From contig JBFWOZ010000025.1 of NCBI GenBank assembly GCA_050250255.1, positions 1-43,578 of the forward strand: a stretch of 43,578 nucleotides of DNA. Reading direction: 5' to 3'. The stretch's first letter is position 1. Each line of letters opens with the position of its first letter. This DNA is from Bdellovibrionales bacterium. GTDB taxonomy: Bacteria > Bdellovibrionota > Bdellovibrionia > Bdellovibrionales > DASUEL01. The notes beneath the pieces are model-generated. The model had not been told where the DNA came from. It saw only the letters and a program-made list of their open reading frames with translations, and did no database searches. Positions 1 to 9,464 of this stretch are shown here, in pieces. The translations under genes were made by a program, and so were the position numbers.

Positions 1-69
1 GTAAATACTTCGAACTTGCGTAACTACTAATAACTGCGAAGAAAAAATCACATCTGGAGATTTTAGAGA

Positions 70-139
70 ACACCGTCGTAAACCCTGACCCCCCTCCCTC
101 AACGAAAACAGGAAGGGGGGTCAGGGATTACGACGGTGT
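70..139. repeat. 25-bp inverted repeat (1 mismatch) with 20-nt loop; candidate oriT or other cis site
   Basis: ACACCGTCGTAAACCCTGACCCCCC (70-94) pairs with GGGGGGTCAGGGATTACGACGGTGT (115-139); core 84-125 matches 29483-29524 reverse complement. Confidence 0.85.
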
Positions 140-228
140 AGAAGAATATGAAGAATGTGATTTTTAAACTGAAATGACTTGGTGAAGGGATAAAGAGAAT
201 GAATAAACAAATATAAGGGGAATAGAGA

Positions 229-411
229 ATGAGAAAGAAATGGGAGCCACAAAATAATGTGGTGATGCCGCATGTGATCTCATCAAGTGAATACAAACAA
301 TTACTTGCAGAGTTAACGGTCATTTTGTACCGTGAGTTCTGCCAGCTCAATCAATCTGAAGCTTTTTCTGCTGCACCTGTTCAAACACAAAGGACAGGTA
401 CAAATGGGTAA
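229..411 (+). CDS. Small hypothetical protein overlapping the recombinase start (possible directionality or accessory factor)
   Basis: 60 aa, AAGGGG RBS-like sequence upstream, stop overlaps recombinase ATG at 404. Confidence 0.5.
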   Translation: MRKKWEPQNNVVMPHVISSSEYKQLLAELTVILYREFCQLNQSEAFSAAPVQTQRTGTNG

Positions 412-2167
412 AATTCGTTTTCAAAAACAAACATCGACTAAATCGTCAGGTCTGTTAATTGGTGCGTACATTCGCGTTTCAACTGAAGAACAGGCACAAA
501 ATCCTGAAGGCTCGATAAAGAACCAAATCGAGAGAATTAAATCTACTATCCGACTAAAAAATGAAACCGGCCGCTTTGGGGAAGTCGTAGAATTTTATGT
601 CGACCGCGCCAAATCAGGAAAAGACACCAATCGTCATGAGCTTCAACGAATGCTTAAAGACATTCGAGAAAAGCGAATTAACTTTATTGTAGTATCAGAA
701 CTCTCGCGTATTTCACGATCAATAAAGGATTTTTCTGAAATCTGGGAGATGCTTCAAGAACATAATTGCGGTTTTTTAAGTCTGCGTGAATCCTTTGATA
801 CGTCAACTGCCGCAGGCGAAATGCTTATTTATAACATGGCAAACCTTGCACAATTTGAGCGCCGTCAAGTTGTTGAAAGAGTAACGGCCGGTCTTGAAGC
901 ACGTGCTGCTCGTGGACTTTATAATGGTGGACCAGTTCCGGTTGGATACAAAGTTGGTAAAGTAAAGGGAACGCTTGATGTCGACAAAGAGCATGCACGT
1001 ACAATTCAGAAAGTATTTAAGGCCTATCTTGATGCTGAAAGTTTATCGACTACGGCTAAAAAATTAAATGAATCAGGTCTAAGAATTCCAAAACTTATGC
1101 AAGGTGGAGGACGAATATCCAGACTTGGCTACTTTACGGTTGATAACCTGCATACCATTTTACGCAACAAAGCTTATATTGGTGTGAGGGTCTATAAATC
1201 AAAAGGTGAAGTCAAAGAGACCAAAGCCGTTTGGAACCCGATCATTGACAGTATTACTTTTGAACGCGTGCAGAAAAAGCTTTGTAAAAACTTAAGTCGT
1301 AAAAAATCAATGAGTCAGACTCGCTATCCTTATCTGCTTTCAGGTCTTACCTTTTGCGCACAATGTGGAGATGTCATGTGCGGAAAGTCCGCTCATGGTA
1401 ACGGTGGCAAAGTGCCTTATTATGAGCATGGTTGGGCCGTTAGAAAACAATCGGTCTTAGTTAAAGAAGTTTTAAAGTGTGAGCCTACTCGTGTTTTGGG
1501 TAAACGTCTTGAAGCGGCTGTTTGGGAGAAAGTTGAGGAATTGTTGAGTGGACCAAAGCTATGTGCCGAAATTTTAAAAGAGGCAAAAGCTATCTACCAG
1601 AAGCAGAAAAAATCTACGGAATCTGATGATCAAAAAGAAAAGATAAAACTTCTTGATAATAAGATTGAGGCAATGGCCGAACGACTTACTCAACTTCCAA
1701 AAACTGTGTCGGCCTTGCCAATCTTTAAACAGATGGAAAAACTTGAAATGCTTAAGAAGCTTGAAGAGCAGGTCCTTCAAAACCTTCCGCACTCTCAAGG
1801 GCATCGTGATTTACCGGCTGAATTTTCTGACTATGATACTTTTATAAAGGGCTTACGAAAGCTTAAAACGGTCAATGTCGAAGCTAGGCAAAAGATTGTT
1901 GAGAAGCTGATTCATAAGGTTGAAATAAAACCAGACGGCTTTATTGTTCATTATCATGCGGGACAACAACAGATTAAAAGGGAGTCGGAAAAATCCGGCT
2001 CCCTTATTTTTTCTAAATTTAATGGTTCGACTAGCTTGACTAATGGTGATCGCGGGAGGACTCGAACCTCCGACCCACAGCTTAGAAGGCTGTTGCTCTA
2101 TCCAACTGAGCTACGCGACCAAGATAGAAATGCTGTTTTTGAAGCAGCGCCATTTTACAAAATTTAG
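404..2167 (+). CDS. Large serine recombinase (resolvase, recombinase and zinc-ribbon domains)
   Basis: AYIRVSTEEQ catalytic Ser motif, ELSRISRS, FDTSTAAG, YLLSGLTFCAQCG zinc ribbon, coiled coil; ATG 404 after AGGACAGG preferred over the ORF-track start at 332. Confidence 0.95.
   Translation: MGKIRFQKQTSTKSSGLLIGAYIRVSTEEQAQNPEGSIKNQIERIKSTIRLKNETGRFGEVVEFYVDRAKSGKDTNRHELQRMLKDIREKRINFIVVSELSRISRSIKDFSEIWEMLQEHNCGFLSLRESFDTSTAAGEMLIYNMANLAQFERRQVVERVTAGLEARAARGLYNGGPVPVGYKVGKVKGTLDVDKEHARTIQKVFKAYLDAESLSTTAKKLNESGLRIPKLMQGGGRISRLGYFTVDNLHTILRNKAYIGVRVYKSKGEVKETKAVWNPIIDSITFERVQKKLCKNLSRKKSMSQTRYPYLLSGLTFCAQCGDVMCGKSAHGNGGKVPYYEHGWAVRKQSVLVKEVLKCEPTRVLGKRLEAAVWEKVEELLSGPKLCAEILKEAKAIYQKQKKSTESDDQKEKIKLLDNKIEAMAERLTQLPKTVSALPIFKQMEKLEMLKKLEEQVLQNLPHSQGHRDLPAEFSDYDTFIKGLRKLKTVNVEARQKIVEKLIHKVEIKPDGFIVHYHAGQQQIKRESEKSGSLIFSKFNGSTSLTNGDRGRTRTSDPQLRRLLLYPTELRDQDRNAVFEAAPFYKI
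1976..2012. terminator. Intrinsic terminator-like hairpin inside the recombinase CDS, downstream of the tRNA
   Basis: AAGGGAGTCGGA-AAAA-TCCGGCTCCCTT followed by ATTTTTT on +; A-tract on the other side. Confidence 0.6.
2044..2120 (-). tRNA. tRNA-Arg (anticodon TCT), 77 nt with encoded CCA
   Basis: Reverse complement GGTCGCGTAGCTCAGTTGGATAGAGCAACAGCCTTCTAAGCTGTGGGTCGGAGGTTCGAGTCCTCCCGCGATCACCA folds as a cloverleaf. Confidence 0.97.
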
Positions 2168-2239
2168 CTGAAAAGGAAAGGTTTTCCTTGGAGATAGGCC
2201 CTGATTGGGGAATTATTATGGCTTGCCGGAGGCTAAACC

Positions 2240-2665
2240 ATGACATCTAGTGGGTCTTCAATGGGAAAATATATAGGGGCTTTGCTTTTGATAGTAGGAC
2301 TCGCGACGGGGGCCTTCTCCTTCTACGAATATATACAGCCTCAAGGCGCAATGAATCTTGGAACTTTTCAATCTGTTTGGGATCGCGATATTGGTTTTTT
2401 GAAAGAAAAAAAAGGCTTTCACGCAGGAGTCGAGAACCTAAAAATGGTGGAATTTTCATCTGCAGATGAGCGAATTCGCGACTGGATTGATCATTATAAA
2501 CCTAGCTTCCAAGTTCATACGGAAGGTAATTATAAGCTAGAAGTCATTCTTGATAGCTGGGCGGATGGTTTAGAAAAAGGGGTGATCGTGCAGTATCACC
2601 TGATTGATCTTTCATCTGGCGATACAATCTGGGAACTCGGGCGCACCCTTACTCTTGTTCGGTAA
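2240..2665 (+). CDS. Hypothetical protein with N-terminal membrane anchor
   Basis: 141 aa, GGAGG RBS, hydrophobic N-terminal segment. Confidence 0.7.
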   Translation: MTSSGSSMGKYIGALLLIVGLATGAFSFYEYIQPQGAMNLGTFQSVWDRDIGFLKEKKGFHAGVENLKMVEFSSADERIRDWIDHYKPSFQVHTEGNYKLEVILDSWADGLEKGVIVQYHLIDLSSGDTIWELGRTLTLVR

Positions 2666-3253
2666 TTATTTTCCAATCAATTTCATGAATTCTGCGCGAG
2701 TTTTTTCATCGCTTCGGAACTGACCCGTCATTTTAGATGTGACGGTGATGCAGTTTTCTTTCTCTACCCCACGCATCATCATACAAAGATGCATGGCTTC
2801 GATCACGACACCAACGCCTACGGGCTTAAGAATGTTTTGGAGTTGCTCGCCAATTTGTTTTGTCATGCGTTCTTGAACTTGTAGGCGCCTTGCAAATACA
2901 TTGACCAATCGCGCAATTTTACTGAGGCCGACGATTTTTCCATTGGGAATGTAGCCCACATGAGCTTTGCCATAAAAGGGAACAAGATGGTGTTCACAGA
3001 GTGAGTAGAACTCGATGTTCTTCACAACGACCATTTCATCGTAGTCTTCTTTAAAGAGAGCTTTTTTCAGAAGTTCTTCGGCATTCACTTCGTAGCCCGA
3101 CGTTAAATACTTTAAAGCACGGGCGTATCTCTCAGGAGTTTTTAGGAGGCCTTCGCGTTTTGGATCTTCTCCTATGGCAGTCAGAAGAGCGCGAACATGT
3201 TCGGCCATCTTGGTAGTTGTGGGGTCAGCATCTTTTTTCGTACGTTCTTTCAT
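2666..3253 (-). CDS. folE: GTP cyclohydrolase I (start uncertain: 3208, 3253 or 3289)
   Basis: [54 protein letters not shown]. Confidence 0.96.
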   Translation of the reverse strand: MKERTKKDADPTTTKMAEHVRALLTAIGEDPKREGLLKTPERYARALKYLTSGYEVNAEELLKKALFKEDYDEMVVVKNIEFYSLCEHHLVPFYGKAHVGYIPNGKIVGLSKIARLVNVFARRLQVQERMTKQIGEQLQNILKPVGVGVVIEAMHLCMMMRGVEKENCITVTSKMTGQFRSDEKTRAEFMKLIGK

Positions 3254-3283
3254 GTTAAGGTAAGTACAAAGCCGAGGTGTAAA

Positions 3284-4183
3284 ATGCAAGTGGCAAGTTT
3301 AAAGCTCAAAATAGGACGATATGAAGTTTTGCCCGTACGCACAGGGCTTTTTGCCTTAGATGGTGGGGCAATGTTTGGCACGGTCCCGAAGGCTTTGTGG
3401 GAGAAAACGAACCCGGCTGATGATCAAAACCGTATTCCTTTAGAGGCCAGAGCTCTGCTTTTAAAATCCAAAGATATGAACGTGCTAGTGGATGTAGGTG
3501 TAGGTGGAGATTTTATTGAAAAATACGGCGAAAAAATGGGGTCAAAGTTTGCGGAAATTTATGCTGTTCAAAATTCACCAAATGCTGATTCATTGGAGAA
3601 ATCTTTGAATCGTTGGGGATTGAAACCACAAGATATTCATCACGTGATTCTCACGCATCTGCATTTTGACCACGCGGGTGGGGCCACAAAATGGGAGAGC
3701 GGAAAACTCGTTCCCACATTTCCAAATGCAAAATACTATGTCCAAAAAGCAAATCTTGAAACCGCTCGTAAGCCTAACATTCGTGAGAAAGCGAGCTACT
3801 TGAAACCTAACTTTGAACCTTTGATAGAAAGCCATGTTGTTCAACTGTTGGATGGAGATGTGAAGAATCTTTTGCCGAACCTCTCCGTTTTTGTAACTAA
3901 TGGACACACGCTAGGTCAGCAATTAGTACGTGTGGAAGATGAGAAGAGCGTGCTTACCTATTGCGGAGATATTATTCCTACAAGTAGTCACGTTCGGTTA
4001 CCCTTCGTAATGGGTTATGACTTAAATCCGCTCATGGTGATTGAAGAGAAATCGCATATCTTAGCTGAGACGTCGAAAAAAAATGGTTACCTTTATTTTG
4101 AGCATGATCCTTACTGCGATGTTGGCCAGATCGTTTCTCAAGGCGAGGATTATCGATTAGCAGCAGGATTTACTCTTTCATAA
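3284..4183 (+). CDS. MBL-fold metallo-hydrolase (YtnP-like)
   Basis: [22 protein letters not shown] (HxHxDH), GHT, GD, FEHDP. Confidence 0.9.
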   Translation: MQVASLKLKIGRYEVLPVRTGLFALDGGAMFGTVPKALWEKTNPADDQNRIPLEARALLLKSKDMNVLVDVGVGGDFIEKYGEKMGSKFAEIYAVQNSPNADSLEKSLNRWGLKPQDIHHVILTHLHFDHAGGATKWESGKLVPTFPNAKYYVQKANLETARKPNIREKASYLKPNFEPLIESHVVQLLDGDVKNLLPNLSVFVTNGHTLGQQLVRVEDEKSVLTYCGDIIPTSSHVRLPFVMGYDLNPLMVIEEKSHILAETSKKNGYLYFEHDPYCDVGQIVSQGEDYRLAAGFTLS

Positions 4184-4186
4184 TAA

Positions 4187-5314
4187 TTAAGGAATCATCC
4201 AATCTGGTTTGTTGCTCGCAAACTCTTCAATCGTCTGCTTAACGACGGCGCCAAGGAAATTAGACTTTTGATAAGCGAGCCGTTGTCTTTCGTAGCTGGC
4301 GCCATTTTTTAAAATCTTTCGAATGAATTCAAACTCTTCTTCGTACTTCATTTGTTGGGCGTGGGGTTGCAGAATAGAAAGAAGTTCGAGAATCAACGCT
4401 CGAGCGGGTTTCACGGTAGGTTTTGAATCTAATATTAAGTGCGCATCTAAGCCGTAGCGTGAAGCGCGCCATTTGTTTTCGCGCATAATCCAATCGGGCG
4501 GAGGATTGATGACCCCCGTTTTGAATTTTTGATTAAGCCACAGGCAAAGCGTGTGAATGAGTGCCACAATCGCGACTGCTTCCTTGAGGGTAGGGGGCGT
4601 ATCGCAAATCCGAATTTCTACAGTTCCATAATCAGGGTTAGGTCTGATGTCCCACCAAATATCTTTACATGACTGAATCGATTCGGTTTCTATAAGTTTA
4701 TCGTAGAGCTCTACAAATTCATTCCAGCTTCCATAAAGGCTTGCATGTCCACCAGTAGGAATGGCTTCAAAAAAAGTAATTCGTGAGGAAGCAAGACCTG
4801 TGTCGTCGCTGTGCCAATAGGGCGAGCTTGCAGAGAGTGAAAGAAGAATGGGTAAGTAGTGGTGAAGTGCATTGATAAATTGAACCGCGGTTTCGGGATC
4901 CTTCATGCCGATATGAACATGAAGACCAAAAATCATAAGCCTTCGAGCAATCCATTTGTTTCGATCAATCAGCTCCGCAAAGCGTGGGCTGGGATGAATG
5001 ATACGATCTGTGTAGAGCGCAAAGGGGTGGCTACCGCCTCCACTCAGGCGTACGCCGAGGTCATTACAAATTGTTGTGAGCTCTTGAACCGTGGCTTGAA
5101 AGTCGCTGTTCACCTCATGCGCATTTTGGCAAATGCCCGTATTGAGTTCGATCATGCTCTGAAAAATTTCGGCTTTAATTTTGGGGTGTTCTGCGTTTAA
5201 TTTTTCAAAGATTTTTAATGAAGACGGCTTAAGGTCGTAAGTCGACGGATCTATTAGCTGTAACTCAAGCTCGGTTCCTAAAGTAAGGTGTTCAGACTTC
5301 TTAAAATCTAACAT
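4187..5314 (-). CDS. ybdK: YbdK-family carboxylate-amine ligase (glutamate-cysteine ligase 2)
   Basis: TLGTELELQL, IFGLHVHIG, SASSPYW, WWDIRP, TVEIRICD, RENKWRASRYG. Confidence 0.9.
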   Translation of the reverse strand: MLDFKKSEHLTLGTELELQLIDPSTYDLKPSSLKIFEKLNAEHPKIKAEIFQSMIELNTGICQNAHEVNSDFQATVQELTTICNDLGVRLSGGGSHPFALYTDRIIHPSPRFAELIDRNKWIARRLMIFGLHVHIGMKDPETAVQFINALHHYLPILLSLSASSPYWHSDDTGLASSRITFFEAIPTGGHASLYGSWNEFVELYDKLIETESIQSCKDIWWDIRPNPDYGTVEIRICDTPPTLKEAVAIVALIHTLCLWLNQKFKTGVINPPPDWIMRENKWRASRYGLDAHLILDSKPTVKPARALILELLSILQPHAQQMKYEEEFEFIRKILKNGASYERQRLAYQKSNFLGAVVKQTIEEFASNKPDWMIP

Positions 5315-6090
5315 TATTGAAAAATCTCTTTAAAGAATTGGACCATCGCAACCCATGAGCGGCGATCCGAATCAGCGTTGTAACGTGCTGGGGATTTTGG
5401 ATCATTTCCGACAGCTTTATTGGTAAACGCATGTACGGTATTGCCGTAAGAGACAAGTTGCCAATCCACTTTTGCAGAGCGCATTTCGTCTTGAAACTCA
5501 CTGACCTCTTGTGCTGGCACAGCAGGATCGTCGGCGCCGTGAAGGACAAGAACTTTTCCTTTAATATTGGCTGCGTCTTTTTTGTTGGGAGTGCTTAAGC
5601 CACCGTGGAAACTGACAGTCCCTTTTAAGTCGGCGCCGGATCGGGCGAGTTCGAGGGCGGTCGTGCCGCCAAAACAATAACCCATTACGGCGATTTTATT
5701 TTTATCGACAAGTGGATTTTTGGAGATTTCATCAAAAGCGGCATTAATGCGGGCTCTCATGAGGTTGCGATCACTTTTAAATTTTGTGGAGAGAGCTTTG
5801 GATTCTTCCATTGTTTTGCCACGAACGCCTTTGCCATAAATATCGGCACCAAAGGCAACATAGCCGAGTTGGGCCACTTGGCGTGCTCGCTCCTTAACGT
5901 AGTCTCCAAGGCCATCCCATTCGTGGACAATAATTACGGCAGGTTTCTTTGCTTTACCGGGAGGTAGAACCAGGAATCCTTCGAGAGTGGTATCGCCTTG
6001 CTTGTACTCAACAGTTTTTTCAGTCATTTTTGCGTGCGCCGTATTAAAAATGAATGCGAATAGTAGAAAAAGGGAAGTGAAAATTTTCAT
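5314..6090 (-). CDS. Dienelactone hydrolase family protein, secreted
   Basis: Signal peptide ending AHA, HEWDG, GYCFGG, LHGADD, HAFT. Confidence 0.92.
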   Translation of the reverse strand: MKIFTSLFLLFAFIFNTAHAKMTEKTVEYKQGDTTLEGFLVLPPGKAKKPAVIIVHEWDGLGDYVKERARQVAQLGYVAFGADIYGKGVRGKTMEESKALSTKFKSDRNLMRARINAAFDEISKNPLVDKNKIAVMGYCFGGTTALELARSGADLKGTVSFHGGLSTPNKKDAANIKGKVLVLHGADDPAVPAQEVSEFQDEMRSAKVDWQLVSYGNTVHAFTNKAVGNDPKSPARYNADSDRRSWVAMVQFFKEIFQ

Positions 6091-6195
6091 AGAGACTCCT
6101 AAAGATTTTTAGTTTTGTCGTTAGGATGTTTCGAGTCAAGGCGACCTGCAGTGTCGCGCATTGACCCCCATCGTCTCTCGTCGCAAAGTACGCCC

Positions 6196-6807
6196 ATGAG
6201 CCATTTTCAAACTTTGTATGCTCGCATGGCTAAGATTTATGATTTGTTTTATGGGCCTTTTTTGCTGAAGGGTCTAGGTATGGCCTTTCGCGCGATGAAG
6301 ATAGAGCCAGGATTAAAAATCTTAGAGGTCGGGATTGGAACGGGAATTACCCTTGAGCGATATCCCCATGATGTGCAAGTTGTTGGAATTGATTTATCAG
6401 CGGAAATGCTCGAGCAAGCTCGCCTTAAAATCAAAAACCTAGAATTAAAAAATATAGAACTCAAACAAATGAGCGCTGAAAAATTGGAATTCGCAGATGC
6501 AAGCTTTGACCGTGTTTTTGCACCTTCGGTGATCAGCGTGGTTAGCGAACCTCGACGAGTGGTGGATGAAATGATTCGCGTCTGTAAACCGGGTGGATTG
6601 GTTTGTATCGTATCGCATTTTGCAGGAGAGACTGGCCCTACACGATTGATTGATCGGGTATTAACGCCTGTCACGCAGGGATTACTGGGCTTTCACATGG
6701 ATACTTCACGAAATGTTTACTTGAAGAGGGCTGGCGTTGAGGTTGTGTCTGTTGAGAAAACGTTGAAGCCGAATTTCAGTGATGTGATTGTATTGCGTCG
6801 TCTTTAA
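6196..6807 (+). CDS. Class I SAM-dependent methyltransferase (PmtA/UbiE-like)
   Basis: YARMAKIYD, ILEVGIGTG, GIDLSAEML, RVCKPGG. Confidence 0.88.
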   Translation: MSHFQTLYARMAKIYDLFYGPFLLKGLGMAFRAMKIEPGLKILEVGIGTGITLERYPHDVQVVGIDLSAEMLEQARLKIKNLELKNIELKQMSAEKLEFADASFDRVFAPSVISVVSEPRRVVDEMIRVCKPGGLVCIVSHFAGETGPTRLIDRVLTPVTQGLLGFHMDTSRNVYLKRAGVEVVSVEKTLKPNFSDVIVLRRL

Positions 6808-6812
6808 AACAG

Positions 6813-7502
6813 TTATTTAATTTTTTTAACTTTAGCGCGTTCACGAAACAGCTTTTCACCGTTTACAAAAGCAGCTTCAATCATTTGTTGATGAAGAACA
6901 CATGTGGATTGGACGGCATAAATAACGTTATCTAAAGTTTTATTATTAGTTACAAAGTAGTTAATATATTGCTTCATTAATTCATTATGGGCAATGTCAA
7001 CTGTAGCGTGTTCTTCTAAAAATGTTAATGAATTTTCTTGTACGCCCATCTGCTTCAACTTTTCAATATAAAAGCGCCCGGTTTGAGTAGGTAAGTATTC
7101 AAGATGAAATAGATATCCTAAGTAGGAAATTGGATCAACAAACTGTATTAAATGTAAAACAAAAGCGTTTAAAGCAAGGGTATTTGGTAAAGGTTTGCTA
7201 TTGATGATTAATTCTTTTTCAACGCCGAGATTAATTAAATCCTGCGCCGCCATCATATCGTGTCCAATTTCTGATTTGGCATGTGAGAAGAACTTACTAA
7301 TCATTTCCCTGGGATTATCTTTCATATGCATTGTTGCGAAGGCTTGGATTTGAGGATTCAAACCTGCATGATGATATGTCTCTAAAAGATATCCTTTATA
7401 ATGTGCAAGTTCTAGCTCACCAGCTGCTAGTTTTTGAAACCAGTATGAACCCTGAAGTGAGCTTAGAGCGTCCTGCCATGCTGTGAATATTCTATCAAAC
7501 AT
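6813..7502 (-). CDS. Heme-oxygenase-like diiron enzyme (iron-containing redox enzyme, PqqC/CADD-like fold)
   Basis: YLLETYHH, HAKSEIGHD, HLEY, HATVDIAH metal-ligand pattern. Confidence 0.8.
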   Translation of the reverse strand: MFDRIFTAWQDALSSLQGSYWFQKLAAGELELAHYKGYLLETYHHAGLNPQIQAFATMHMKDNPREMISKFFSHAKSEIGHDMMAAQDLINLGVEKELIINSKPLPNTLALNAFVLHLIQFVDPISYLGYLFHLEYLPTQTGRFYIEKLKQMGVQENSLTFLEEHATVDIAHNELMKQYINYFVTNNKTLDNVIYAVQSTCVLHQQMIEAAFVNGEKLFRERAKVKKIK

Positions 7503-7641
7503 ATAATCCTCTAATCCATGAGTCGGTATATTTCAGAAAACAATTAAAAGAATATTCATAAACGTCTCAGTTCTACTTAAAGCAATGACCAGGACTTAAG
7601 TTTGACTAATTTGTTATTTAAAAAGAGCCGTTACTACAAAG

Positions 7642-9375
7642 GTGGAAGATAGAAAAAATACCGTTTTTGATTACATTCAAGAGCACCCTCTCAAGACAGT
7701 TATTGTAGAGCAGGGTACAAAATTAGAATTCAATATTGGTATAGTGCTGACCAAAGATGATTACGCTTTAATTTCCATTGAGCATAGTAACTTAATTAAC
7801 TTAAATAAGCCCCATTACCTCCGTATGGAATTCGAAGGAGAGCATAAGGATTTTCATATACAATACATAGAGCGTGCCGACGATTCAGATATTTTATATC
7901 GAATTAAATTTTCATCTTCGAATTCTATAATTCAAAGGAAGCTTGAGTCAATTTCTACAAAGAGACCGGATTTTGATGTTAATAGAAGAACTTATTCAAG
8001 GATTATTCCTTCGTCCCCAAATTTAAAATTTTTTATTTATTTGAATGGCGTTAAAGCAAAAATAAATGTTTCAGATCTTACTCCGTTTGGCGCTGCATGC
8101 GTAATTGATGCAGGTGTAATGGGAAATGAGAAAATTGCTTTGGGTAGCAAGCTAAATTGTGCAATAGTTTTTGGTGCTAATACGCTTGTTGATCTATCTG
8201 CAAATGTTGTATGGGCGCGTTCACTCGACAGCAAGTATCATAAAATTGGTTTAGAATTTTCCTCTAATGCAAATTCGGAAGAAAATAAAAATGAAGGCGA
8301 ATTAAATCTAGGACGCTCATATATTACGGGAGCTTACTTTAAGCCATTTATTTTTGCTGAAAAAGGTACATTTTTAATTCAAAAAATTTCTAAAACAAAA
8401 ATTACTTTTCAAATTATTCGACCCGATTTGGTTCTTGCAAATACTGAAATTAAACTTAATTTTTTGCTTCCCAATAGCAGTAAGTGTTGGGCAAAGGTAA
8501 AAGTATTAGATAATAAAATTATAGATAAGAAATTAATCATCAATGCTGAGATTTTAGAATTTTCTCAGTTAGCAAAAGCAGAAATGGCGAGCTTTCTACT
8601 TTTGTTCCATGGATTTAATCCGACTGTGCTGAAGCGAGCAGGTCTTGTATCGAAAACTCAAGGTGCAGATTATGAATTTTCTTACGCGGCCACAAAGGAA
8701 GAATATAAAGAAGTTCTGGCTTTGCGCTCCTTGTGTTACAAGGGCGCGGGAAAGTTGAAGGCTGATGCGAGTATTGTGGCTAGCCAGGCGCCCCTCGATG
8801 ACATTAGTAGAATTGTTTTTGTAAAGCATCAAGGACGCCCAATTGCTTCTGTTGCACTCAGTTTTCCCTCTGATGAAGATGTTGTCTTGGATGTTGAGAG
8901 GGGCTTAGGAAGAAAGCTTCCTCAAGGTTTTCCAAGAAAAAATGAATTGGTTGAAATATCGAGGTTATGCATTCATCCAGATTATCAAAGTTCTGATTTG
9001 CTTATCAGAATGGTGCAGGAGATGGCAAAAGTAGTTATTCAGTCTGATAGGCGATATATAGTCTCATCTACTGACGAAAAGATGTGGCCATTTTATAAAG
9101 TTATAGGTTGGAAAAAGACGGAGCTAGAATATGACCACCCATTTTTATCTAACCTTAGGCACACTATTATAATAGGCGATAGAGAGAGAAAAGCATTCAG
9201 CGTGGGCATTAATCCGCTAATTTGGCATGAGTCCTTTGGAAAAACCATGCATTATTTCAGGCCCAACTGGCTGAGGGGACCTCTCCTCAAGTGGATCATG
9301 TTTAGTGGTCTAAAGCATATAATGGGCTTTATAGTAAACGTACTTCAAGCAATATCAATCAGGGTGAAAAGGTAA
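7642..9375 (+). CDS. PilZ-like domain(s) fused to a C-terminal FeeM-like GNAT N-acyltransferase domain
   Basis: RRTYSR...DLTPFGA PilZ-like motifs; VLALRSLCYKGAG, EISRLCIHPDYQ, FYKVIGW GNAT motifs. Confidence 0.7.
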   Translation: MEDRKNTVFDYIQEHPLKTVIVEQGTKLEFNIGIVLTKDDYALISIEHSNLINLNKPHYLRMEFEGEHKDFHIQYIERADDSDILYRIKFSSSNSIIQRKLESISTKRPDFDVNRRTYSRIIPSSPNLKFFIYLNGVKAKINVSDLTPFGAACVIDAGVMGNEKIALGSKLNCAIVFGANTLVDLSANVVWARSLDSKYHKIGLEFSSNANSEENKNEGELNLGRSYITGAYFKPFIFAEKGTFLIQKISKTKITFQIIRPDLVLANTEIKLNFLLPNSSKCWAKVKVLDNKIIDKKLIINAEILEFSQLAKAEMASFLLLFHGFNPTVLKRAGLVSKTQGADYEFSYAATKEEYKEVLALRSLCYKGAGKLKADASIVASQAPLDDISRIVFVKHQGRPIASVALSFPSDEDVVLDVERGLGRKLPQGFPRKNELVEISRLCIHPDYQSSDLLIRMVQEMAKVVIQSDRRYIVSSTDEKMWPFYKVIGWKKTELEYDHPFLSNLRHTIIIGDRERKAFSVGINPLIWHESFGKTMHYFRPNWLRGPLLKWIMFSGLKHIMGFIVNVLQAISIRVKR

Positions 9376-9464
9376 GCATTTAATCTTCAGTTGCGAAAAT
9401 AGCAGCACAACTAGACTTAGAGCTATTAACTTGTTCAAGTTTAATTGCCGAAAAGTATTACTGA

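Larger units (their letters stand above)
1..2046 (+). mobile_element. Right end of an integrative element (serine recombinase type) abutting the 3' end of tRNA-Arg; left part outside the window
   Basis: Large serine recombinase runs into the tRNA 3' end; upstream 42-bp site is shared with the second ICE. Confidence 0.75.

Noticed and set aside
186..237. Degenerate 30-bp duplication (AGAGAATGA twice) with a 5-codon ORF
   Set aside because: Low-complexity purine-rich sequence; insufficient support
99..350. 83-aa minus-strand ORF
   Set aside because: Antisense to a purine-rich stretch and the 229-411 ORF; no recognisable motif
332..403. N-terminal extension of the recombinase in the ORF track
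   Set aside because: ATG 404 has an RBS-like sequence and coupling to the upstream ORF; the extension lacks homology cues
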